Assembly: GCA_963808015.1 (NCBI GenBank)
Contig: CAWEEG010000045.1
Span: 248-64,247, forward strand
Reading direction: 5' to 3'
Length of the DNA stretch: 64,000 nt
From: an uncultured Actinomycetota bacterium
Lineage (GTDB): Bacteria > Actinomycetota > Acidimicrobiia > Spongiisociales > UBA5794
Both the position numbers and the translations under genes were made by a program. Position 1 is the stretch's first letter, and every line of letters begins with the position of its first letter. The notes below the pieces were generated by a model, which was not told where the DNA came from, searched no databases, and was given only the letters and a program-made list of their open reading frames with translations. Shown here piece after piece: positions 31,533-39,804 of this stretch.

Positions 31533-33746
31533 ATGCGCGGACACGACGAAACGTTCCTCAGAGTGTTCTTCCGCCCGAAGACCGGGTGATCGAGGCCGTG
31601 GCGCGCGCTACCAGCGGGTCGCGCCGGCCATCACCCGTTTTCCGCGGAGCATTGCAGGGAACGAAGAGCTGCGGGTTCGGCTCGGATCACAAGCGTCTGC
31701 CTCCAAGGACGAGATCGTCATCGACCCCGGCGTCTTCCAGGCCGCCTACGCCCGAAGCGCACGGTGACACCAACCGAGGTCGCGCTCACATCGGCGCTCC
31801 ACGAGGCGATCCACCTGATCGCAACGGACTTCGACGAAGAGCGTCCCATTCCGGAGTCGTGGCTTGCCCACCAACAATCGCTCGAAGATGACGGCGCCGA
31901 AGCTCCGCCACTCGCAGAGCTCACGTCGTACGACTGGATCGAAGCCGAACCGGAGATGGACGCCGAAACGGCCGACCAGCTTGGATTCGATGAGATCTAC
32001 GACGTGCCGGAGACGATCTCCGGAGCGGTCACGGTGCTCGACGCGCTCAACACCGTTGCGGGACCTGCCGCGGAGGCGATGTTCCTGTCGGTCGAAGAAG
32101 CGCGGCAGGAGCGGCAGTCACCTCGCGCACTTCCCCGGTGCCCGTTCAGTGCTATCGGACCTCTACCACGCAGCAGTTCCGGGAGCGTCTGCCAACGCCC
32201 GGCCTCTCGGCCAGTTCGCTCTCGCTTGTTTCCTGATCGTCGGCGACTACTTCTCTCGTGACGACGTCCAGCGGCGCGTCGCTCCCCACGTTGCCCTGGC
32301 AATCGACGACGCTGTGCCATTCCTCGACCTCATCCCCGACCTCGACGATCCCTGGGCCGTTGCCGGCACCGCTCTCCAGCTCGTCGAAGTTGCCCGGATG
32401 CACGGACTCCTGACCGAGGGGACGGGCTCCAAATCTGCGGCCGGTCGCAGGGGCGAGCAGGAAGCCGATCAGGCCGCCGTTGCGGAGGGTGTCGATGCGG
32501 TCCGTGTGGTGACGCCGCCCCTCGCCGACCGGGACCACTACGAAGAAACCCGCCAAGCTGCCCAGACGGTTAGCGCAGAACACGGGCGGCACGGCGATGT
32601 CGATCAAGCCGGTGACCCGGCTACGGACCAGCTCATGAAGGTGTCCACCGCACCGACGGTGTACCTCCCGACCGGCCAGGCCGGCAAGCTCGTTGTGAGC
32701 GAATTCCCCGTCGAATTCCGGCGGTTCGCACCTCAGGGCCGGGACATGCTCGAAGTTGCGGCTCGAGAGTGGGGGGTCGCCCAGCGGCGGGTCTCCGGTG
32801 AGCTCTACCCGCTGTTCCTCGCGAACCAGCGACGCGGTCTCCGCACCGGGTTCGACGCAGGAGACCTCTCCCCCTACACACCACTCCTCCTCGGCGCCGG
32901 TCTGTACGAGCGGATGTTCGAGCGACGCGATCTCCCCAACCGGCGGTCCTACGGCGTGAGCTTGCTCGTCGACGGTTCCGCCTCGATGCTGCAGCCGCGG
33001 GAGGTGCGGGTCGATCGCAAGCGGCCGTGGGCTCTTGCCGCCGCCACACTCGGCGCGTGGACCCTGGCTCGCCTCGCCGACGAACTGCAGATCGAATTCG
33101 AGGTTGCGATCTTCAACCGCGGATTCGTAGCGGCGGCCGGTGATACCGAACGGACGTACGTCGATCGGCGAGGGCTCGCCACCGGTGCCCTTCGACGGCG
33201 CAGGGTGGTTCGGCCGAGCGGCTCACCCGAACCGTGAACCACTACCTGGTCAAGTCCTTTCCGTCGAGGTGGCGCTCCGCCGAGGACACGCTGGCCGGGC
33301 TGTTCTGGATGGCGGCGTCGCCCCAGGAGGCGGCCAAGGAGTCACGGCGAGACCCGGATGCCGCGCCACCGATCTCGATGTTCGACAAAGCGGCCAACGT
33401 CGACGAATTCAACCTCGCACACGCGGCCGAACGACTCTCGGCACGCAACGTGTCGCATCGGATCATCGTGGTGCTCGCCGACGGAATGACTCGTGGTTCG
33501 GTCGAGGCTCTCGCCGACACCGCTGCGTCAATCGAACGTGGAGGGACCATGGTTCTCGGGATCGGCATCGGTGACGAGACGGTGCAAGCCGCCTATGCCC
33601 GCAATCAAGTGGTGCAGCGCCCCGACGCTCTGGCGTCGGCAATGGTCGACGGAGTCCGCTCCGCGCTGTTCCGGTCCATCGCCGACGAGGGCGGAGACAC
33701 CTGGTGGACCCACGCAACCGAACAAATGGCACAACTCTCAAACTGA
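31533..33746 (+). CDS. CobT-like von Willebrand factor A domain protein (frame-disrupted, at least 4 shifts)
   Basis: N-terminal ...NEELRVRLGSQASASKDEIVIDPG..., an acidic linker, and a vWA domain with MIDAS DGSAS (32971-32985). CobT-like blocks NHYLVKSF, ANVDEFNLAHAAERL, IIVVLADGMT, VLGIGIGDE. Confidence 0.7.
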
Positions 33747-33755
33747 GGAGCATTC

Positions 33756-34748
33756 ATGGCAAAGTCCGTCACCTTCGAAGACCCACACGGAGTCGGGGCG
33801 CCGATCACGCTCAACAAGGCCGTCATCCCGGCCGACCTCCCTGATGCTGAGATTCGCCGTGACCACATCCCGGAGCCCGATCCGTACTACGTCGATCTGG
33901 GGATGCTCTATCGCCTTGCGGCCCTCGAACAGGTCCGCGGGCGCCGATTCGAGGGGATTCCGCTGCACCTCGCCCTGCGCGGCCACATGGGAACGGGGAA
34001 AGACCATGACCTCGAGCAGTTCGCGGCGTTGCTCGGACTCCCCTACTACCGGATCCCTTTGACCGGCGAGGTCCGCGACATCACCCTCATTGGCTCCGTC
34101 AAGCTCCACGGTGACGGAAAGGGTGGGACAGACAGCCGATGGCAAGACGGCGACATCACCCGGGCGATCCGAGGCCCCGCACTGGTGAACCTCTCGGAGC
34201 TGAACGCCGCTGGTGCCGAAACGCTGTTCGCTCTGCACGGACTCCTTGACCGTCACCAGGCGCTCGAGCTCCAAACGGGCGAGCTCGTTCGGCTTCGCGA
34301 CGACGTACGGATCTTCGGGACGCTGAACCCGACCGACCTCCGCGACTATGCCGGTACCCAGACCCTCAACAAGGCCTTCGCGGATCGGTGGATCATCTGG
34401 GAGAAGGGTTTCCCGGCCGAGGACGAACTGATTGCGATGATCGAGCGGCGCCACCCCGGCCTTCGTACCGATCTCGTTGAATTCGTCGCGAAACTCGCCG
34501 TCGAGATCAACGAGTCGTTCGTCTCAGGCGACTCTCGCACTCGCGTCGAAACACCGATGAGCCTGCGCACGGTGCTTGATCGCATCCCGGCAGGTCTCGA
34601 CATGTACAGTGAGGCGGAGGATCCGCTCCGTCGGGCGTGGGACGAATTCGTCCTCCCTCACATCGACCCGTATGACCGGGACCACTACGAGACCGTCTGG
34701 GCCGCCGTCGTGCGTCGTGGCCCCGAGGGTGCACCATTCTCGAAATAG
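33756..34748 (+). CDS. CobS-like AAA+ (AAA_5/MoxR-related) ATPase with atypical Walker motifs
   Basis: Intact 330 aa with RBS GAGGAG. GHMGTGKDHDLEQFAALLGLPYYRI ... ALVNLSELNAAGAETLFALHGLLD ... IFGTLNP ... YAGTQTLNKAFADRW aligns block-for-block with my recollection of CobS. Confidence 0.75.
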   Translation: MAKSVTFEDPHGVGAPITLNKAVIPADLPDAEIRRDHIPEPDPYYVDLGMLYRLAALEQVRGRRFEGIPLHLALRGHMGTGKDHDLEQFAALLGLPYYRIPLTGEVRDITLIGSVKLHGDGKGGTDSRWQDGDITRAIRGPALVNLSELNAAGAETLFALHGLLDRHQALELQTGELVRLRDDVRIFGTLNPTDLRDYAGTQTLNKAFADRWIIWEKGFPAEDELIAMIERRHPGLRTDLVEFVAKLAVEINESFVSGDSRTRVETPMSLRTVLDRIPAGLDMYSEAEDPLRRAWDEFVLPHIDPYDRDHYETVWAAVVRRGPEGAPFSK

Positions 34749-34757
34749 GAGAAACCC

Positions 34758-35243
34758 ATGCCGTCATTCGACATCGTCTCTCAAGTTGACATCCAGGAAG
34801 TCCGCAACGCCGTCGACCAGTCGATGCGGGAGGTCGTGAACCGCTACGACTTCAAGGGCACCGACACCAAGATCTCGCTCACTGATGATGGGATCGTCAT
34901 CGAGTCGGCAACCGACCAGCGTGTTGAAGCTGCGATCGACGTGCTCAAGACCAAGCTGGTCAAGCGCAAGGTCTCGCTGAAGTCGATCTCCGGAGGAGAG
35001 ATCAAGCCCGTCGGCGGCGGTCGTTCGCGTGCCGAATTCGATCTCAACCAGGGCATCAATCAGGATGACGCTCGGGAACTCGCGAAGATGATTCGGGACA
35101 TGAAGTTGAAGGTCCAGGCGCAGATCCAGGGTGATCAGCTTCGGGTTCAGGGCAAGAAGCGTGACGATCTGCAAGAGGTCATCGTTGAGGTTAAAGCGCT
35201 TGACTTCCGAGTGCCCCTGCAGTTTGTGAACTACCGGGACTGA
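34758..35243 (+). CDS. yajQ: YajQ family nucleotide-binding protein (UPF0234)
   Basis: MPSFDIVSQVDIQEVRNAVDQSMREVVNRYDFKG ... QVQGKKRDDLQEVI ... LQFVNYR. Intact 161 aa, starting 9 nt after the AAA+ gene, with RBS AGGAGA. Confidence 0.9.
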   Translation: MPSFDIVSQVDIQEVRNAVDQSMREVVNRYDFKGTDTKISLTDDGIVIESATDQRVEAAIDVLKTKLVKRKVSLKSISGGEIKPVGGGRSRAEFDLNQGINQDDARELAKMIRDMKLKVQAQIQGDQLRVQGKKRDDLQEVIVEVKALDFRVPLQFVNYRD

Positions 35244-35264
35244 GGTTGTGGGCGGCTGACTTGC

Positions 35265-35453
35265 CTAGGTTTCGGAGTCCGACGGGCGCGCGCCGACCAC
35301 AGCGCCCACGATGAGGCCGGCTCCCGAACCGAGGCCGATCCACACCGGGTTGCTGGTCAGGGCGAAGACAACGGCACCGGCAGCTGCGCCGAACACCAGT
35401 CCGAGACCGACGGCGATCGCCGTCCGATCACGGGAATCGTCGTTGTCTGGCAT
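35265..35453 (-). CDS. small two-helix membrane protein
   Basis: ATG 35451-35453. MPDNDDSRDRTAIAVGLGLVFGAAAGAVVFALTSNPVWIGLGSGAGLIVGAVVGARPSDSET. Confidence 0.5.
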   Translation of the reverse strand: MPDNDDSRDRTAIAVGLGLVFGAAAGAVVFALTSNPVWIGLGSGAGLIVGAVVGARPSDSET

Positions 35454-35502
35454 GCTGGAGAATCTACCAGGCCACGTACCCGACCCGCTGAGCGCCCGGT
35501 GA

Positions 35503-36078
35503 CTATCGAGGAGCCAGGGCGTACGCGAGCACGCGCTCCAGAGGCCGCGGCACACGTGCCAGATCGAGTGCATCCACGAGCAGACCCCCGTAGCGAGCCT
35601 TTCTGCCTGATTTCGTAGCGATGAAACGTCGAAGCTGAGCCTCGTCGGCCTGCCCGCGCCATGCAGGCTGGTTCTGGAATGTCCGGTATGACGAGAGTTC
35701 ACCCTGGGCCTCGATAACTCGCTCCACCGTCGCGGCGCCGAGAGCACGGATCAGTTCGTCCTCGAGATCGTCGGTGCAAACAAAGAAGCCCATCGCTTCC
35801 ATCTCGGATCGCGAACGGTTTGCGCCTAGCCCCGCCCTCCGGATGCCTCGTTGAAAGTCGCCGAACTCCGCTCGGTCGCAAAGACCCGCCAACCTCACAT
35901 CGGAGCCGTAGAACTCCAGGATGCTCTCGATGGAATCACCGATCGCCGATGCGCCGCCCATCGCCACGATCGACACGCCTTCTGCCTCCAGATTCTTACC
36001 GAGGCGCTTCGCCAGCGCTCCCAGAGCGGCCTGGTCACTGACTCCTTCAACAAGCACAACCGTCCTGATACCCGACAT
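35503..36078 (-). CDS. stand-alone TOPRIM domain protein (OLD-nuclease-like TOPRIM, no ATPase domain)
   Basis: VVLVEGVSDQAALGALAKRLG ... VAMGGAS ... LAGLCDRAE ... CTDDLEDELIRALG. Start taken as ATG 36076-36078. Confidence 0.7.
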   Translation of the reverse strand: MSGIRTVVLVEGVSDQAALGALAKRLGKNLEAEGVSIVAMGGASAIGDSIESILEFYGSDVRLAGLCDRAEFGDFQRGIRRAGLGANRSRSEMEAMGFFVCTDDLEDELIRALGAATVERVIEAQGELSSYRTFQNQPAWRGQADEAQLRRFIATKSGRKARYGGLLVDALDLARVPRPLERVLAYALAPR

Positions 36079-36132
36079 TCGGACGAGCGTAGATGGCGGC
36101 GACAACCTCGGTGTCGGGCGTGGTCAGCTGGT

Positions 36133-36930
36133 TCAGCGATCCCACCATCCGGCATCGGCGGAACGTTGCTTTGCCTGCGCCACGGCTTCGCCGGCCGGCA
36201 TGTGCAGAGGGTCCCCATGACCGGGCAAGAGAACGTCGGCGTCGAGCGCTCCCAGGGCGTCGAGTGACGCGAGCGCCTGTTCCCAGTCGTGGCTGAAGAT
36301 CCGCGGCATCAACCGGGGACCGGGTCGATTTGTGAGAACGTTTCGATTGACGAGGGCATCGCCCGTGATGACGATGCCGTGATCGGGGAGATGAAATGAG
36401 CTGTGGCCGCTCGTATGCCCCGGGGTCGGGACCGGCACCGGTCGGCCGGGAACGTCGAGAGGTGAACTGGCGAAGGCTTCAACGACCGCGACCGGTGTCG
36501 GATCGGTGCCTCCGTGCGCAATCGAGTCGATAGCGAACACCGCCACCGATGGCCGCCACATCCGGATCACAAGGTCGATCGTCCGCACCCGTTGGTGATA
36601 CGTGCCGGTCGCGTGCCCGACCTCATCCCGGTGTGTGTGAACAACAGCCCCGTGCTCACTCCTCAAGGTCTCCGCCACGCCAACATGGTCCGGGTGAGCG
36701 TGTGTCAGGACGACCGCATCGACCTGGCCGGGACCAGCATCGATCTGACGCAACGAATCGACCACCGCTGGATAGTCCTTGGGCCACGCGGCGTCGATCA
36801 GCGTGACCGCATCCCCGCTGCGGATCAAACACCAGTTCGTTCGCGGGCCGATCACCAAGAAGACGTCGTGCGCCGCCTCAACGATCTCGACCTGCATGTC
36901 CATCCTCCAAGCGCCGAGCATATTGCCCAA
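36133..36930 (-). CDS. MBL-fold metallo-hydrolase
   Basis: VVLTHAHPDHVGVAE, GHTSGHSS, LLPGHGDP. Intact. Confidence 0.85.
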   Translation of the reverse strand: MGNMLGAWRMDMQVEIVEAAHDVFLVIGPRTNWCLIRSGDAVTLIDAAWPKDYPAVVDSLRQIDAGPGQVDAVVLTHAHPDHVGVAETLRSEHGAVVHTHRDEVGHATGTYHQRVRTIDLVIRMWRPSVAVFAIDSIAHGGTDPTPVAVVEAFASSPLDVPGRPVPVPTPGHTSGHSSFHLPDHGIVITGDALVNRNVLTNRPGPRLMPRIFSHDWEQALASLDALGALDADVLLPGHGDPLHMPAGEAVAQAKQRSADAGWWDR

Positions 36931-37011
36931 CCCTACGCGTCGCTCGAGCTCACGACCGCGCCAACCCTCGGATCAACCGCGAGCGGCGCGTTGGTCACGT
37001 AGGATCGCCGG

Positions 37012-37542
37012 ATGAGTGACTCAGACGTCGTTGCAAGCCTCGCCGTGTCGCTTGACGGGTACGTGGCCGAGGCCGATGGTTCAGTCGGCTTCCTCGAGAA
37101 GTACCCACTCGAAGATTTCGATTTTGACTCCTTTGTCGACGGCATCGGTGCACTCATCATGGGGAGCACCAGCTATGTCCAGGCTGTCGAATGGGGATGG
37201 ATGTGGGGCGACCGACCAACGATGGTGCTCACCACCCGCACCGACCTCCCGGTTCCCGAAGGTGCCGACATCCGCTTCGCTGCGACACCCACACCGACGG
37301 CGATCCGTTCGTTCTCCGCGGAGACACCAAAACGACTGTGGGTGTTCGGCGGAGGCAAGGTCGTCACCCAAGGACTCGTAGGCGGCGCGATCGACACACT
37401 CGACATCACGTTGATGCCGGAGGCCCTCGGCACCGGGATCCCGCTCTTCTCCGATGCCTACGACGGGCCAATGCGCCTGGTCACGTCGGTGGCCTACCCG
37501 AACGGCGCGTTCCGCTTGGTGTACGACACACGGCCGCTCTGA
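37012..37542 (+). CDS. dihydrofolate reductase-like (RibD C-terminal domain) family protein
   Basis: ASLAVSLDGYVAEADGSVGFL ... LIMGSTSY ... LWVFGGGKVVTQGL ... ITLMPEALGTGIPLF. Confidence 0.8.
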   Translation: MSDSDVVASLAVSLDGYVAEADGSVGFLEKYPLEDFDFDSFVDGIGALIMGSTSYVQAVEWGWMWGDRPTMVLTTRTDLPVPEGADIRFAATPTPTAIRSFSAETPKRLWVFGGGKVVTQGLVGGAIDTLDITLMPEALGTGIPLFSDAYDGPMRLVTSVAYPNGAFRLVYDTRPL

Positions 37543-37560
37543 CTCGGTCGGCACACCATG

Positions 37561-38289
37561 TCACCATCCGCTCTGGTACGCCGATCCAGTCAAGTCGTCC
37601 AGGTCGAGGTCGTACAACAGGCACTCGCCGATGCGCACCCCGGAGGCCCACAGGTCCGGACCAGGCCAGGTCACGTATACGTCGAGTGACGAGGACTCGT
37701 AGGCGCGGCCGACATACCCCTCGAACTCGTCCTCACATACCGAGACCAGGTCTTCCCTCACGGCATCCTCCCCCGGATACGATCCGGGCCCGAACTCATA
37801 GACCAGGTAGACCTCGTTGTCATGGGGATCATCACACAGAATCGTCTCGAAGTCGTCGCCGGCGATGTAGCTCTCCAGTTCGTCATCGTCGATGCAGTCT
37901 CCGACGAGCAGCGAGAAGGAGTCGTGGTCCGGCGTCGTGGTGGTCGCCTCGCTCACCTCGGTGGTCTCGGTAGCGCTGGCGTCGACGGCGCCGGTGTCCT
38001 CGAAAGGGTTGCTGATGCTGATCGACCCGGCCAGGACCGCTGCAGCAGCGACGCCAACGAGGATCACTCCTGTGATCGCAGCGATGGCCATTCCAACGAC
38101 CCAGTTGCTCTGAGATCGCGGTTGCGTTCCGGAAGCGGCAGGCGAAACCCGCGATGGAACTCCAACGGGCGCCTTGGGCTCCTGGGGGATCGCCTTCGAT
38201 GTGTCAACCAGAACATGTCCGCAATTCGGACACTCGCGCGACGCCGATGAGACTCGGTCGTCGCATTCGGGACAGTTCCTCAGTGCCAA
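37561..38289 (-). CDS. zinc-ribbon membrane protein with acidic, Cys-containing extracytoplasmic domain
   Basis: CPECDDRVSSASRECPNCGH, one TM helix (VVGMAIAAITGVILVGVAAAAVLAG), and a C-terminal domain with 4 Cys that resembles the actinobacterial septum-formation domain. Confidence 0.6.
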   Translation of the reverse strand: MALRNCPECDDRVSSASRECPNCGHVLVDTSKAIPQEPKAPVGVPSRVSPAASGTQPRSQSNWVVGMAIAAITGVILVGVAAAAVLAGSISISNPFEDTGAVDASATETTEVSEATTTTPDHDSFSLLVGDCIDDDELESYIAGDDFETILCDDPHDNEVYLVYEFGPGSYPGEDAVREDLVSVCEDEFEGYVGRAYESSSLDVYVTWPGPDLWASGVRIGECLLYDLDLDDLTGSAYQSGW

Positions 38290-38355
38290 CCCGCAACCTC
38301 CTCAACGGTCACAGATCCGAGCGATCCACCGACCTGGTTCTGATCGAGCGGTGGG

Positions 38356-39693
38356 TCACGAGCGGACCTCGTACAGGTTCCAGGCGCCTGGAACCCCCTT
38401 GAGCTCGAATGATCCCATCTGTTCGTACTGAATCGAAGAACCAACCGTCAGATCCTTGACCGTGCTCGACACGGCGATACCGCCGTCGGGAGCATGGTCG
38501 ATCACTCTCGACGCGATGTGCACGGCGATCCCGCCGATTTCGTCACCATGGAGCGTGATCTCACCGGTGTGAAGGCCGGCGCGCATGGTTATGCCCAGGC
38601 CGTCTACTTCGTCGAGGATTGCGCGGGCGGTTGCCACCGCCTTGGCAGGTGCGTCGAAGATCGCCAAGTACCCGTCACCTGTGGTTGTCATGCCGGTGCC
38701 ACCGAATCGTTCGATCTGTCGCTCACTGATTCGATTCGCCGCTCCGAGCATGTCGAGCCAGGCCTCGTCCCCCAATTCTGCAGCGCGCGCGGTCGACCCG
38801 ACGATGTCGGTGAACAGCACCGTCGCAAGGCGCCTAGCCGATTCGGTGTGAACTACTTCACCGGTCACGAAATCTTCGACCAGGTCGAGGATCTCGGAGT
38901 AGTTGCCAACGTGAAATGGGTGCGAATCGGCGCCGTCGAGTTCGACCCATCGGGCGCCTGAGATGCGGTCGGCGATCCACTTTCCGAATGCCACACGGTG
39001 GTAGACGTTTTCACGCCGGTGAATCACAAGAGTGGGGACGGTCACCAACGGCAAAGCAGCCGTGACATCGATGCGCTGCAGCCACCCATACCCGAACTCC
39101 AGCATCCCCGGAGGCATCGCCGATCGTTGGAACTTGACCCACCAGTGCCGGAATCTCTGGTCACCGGCAACCGACGGTGCCGTGACATCGATCACGGCCC
39201 CCGTCGTCCCATGCTGAGCAAGGAAGAAGTCCGCCGAAGCTTCCTGCATGTGTTGGGGCATTCCGATCGGATACTCCGGACCACGGAACAACCGGGCGAT
39301 GGCGTTGATGAGCACGAGCGAACGTGTCCGCTCGGGATAGGTTGCAGCGAACAGGATCGCCATCGCCCCACCTTCGGTGTCGCCGACGATGACAGCCCGC
39401 TCGGATTCGGCAGCATCCATCACGGTGAGGATGTCTTCCATCCACAGTTCCATCGGAGGCATGTTGTCCAACGGAACCGGGTCGGAGATGCCCGTGCCGC
39501 GTTTGTCGAAGATGATGACCCGTGAGAACGACGCCAGCCGGTCGAGGTAGCGAGTCGCGGTCGGTTCGTCCCAGTAGTTGTCGATGTTCGTTGCCCACTG
39601 GGTAACGAATACCACATCAACCGGACCGTCACCAAACACCTGGTATCCGATCGCACCGCTCGGCGATTGCGCGTATTTGGTCTCTGGTGGCAC
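38356..39693 (-). CDS. alpha/beta hydrolase domain fused to class III adenylate/guanylate cyclase domain
   Basis: Intact 445 aa. N-terminal hydrolase fold (VVFVTQWA ... IVGDTEGGAMAILFAA). C-terminal ATVLFTDIVGSTARAAELGD ... TTGDGYLAIFD ... MRAGLHTGEI. Confidence 0.85.
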   Translation of the reverse strand: MPPETKYAQSPSGAIGYQVFGDGPVDVVFVTQWATNIDNYWDEPTATRYLDRLASFSRVIIFDKRGTGISDPVPLDNMPPMELWMEDILTVMDAAESERAVIVGDTEGGAMAILFAATYPERTRSLVLINAIARLFRGPEYPIGMPQHMQEASADFFLAQHGTTGAVIDVTAPSVAGDQRFRHWWVKFQRSAMPPGMLEFGYGWLQRIDVTAALPLVTVPTLVIHRRENVYHRVAFGKWIADRISGARWVELDGADSHPFHVGNYSEILDLVEDFVTGEVVHTESARRLATVLFTDIVGSTARAAELGDEAWLDMLGAANRISERQIERFGGTGMTTTGDGYLAIFDAPAKAVATARAILDEVDGLGITMRAGLHTGEITLHGDEIGGIAVHIASRVIDHAPDGGIAVSSTVKDLTVGSSIQYEQMGSFELKGVPGAWNLYEVRS

Positions 39694-39804
39694 GCCTCTC
39701 CTTGCTCACTGGCGGTGCGTCGCCGATTGCTGCGAACCGACTACCCGCGCAACCCTATCGAAGAGCACCGGATGAAGCGTCTCGGGTAGTCGCGAGTGCG
39801 CGCG

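Noticed and set aside
31533-34748. Annotating the vWA/AAA+ pair as genuine cobaltochelatase subunits CobT/CobS.
   Set aside because: No cobN or other cobalamin biosynthesis gene lies in the window. The gene order is reversed, the Walker motifs are atypical, and a yajQ gene is coupled. The similarity supports family membership only, not function.
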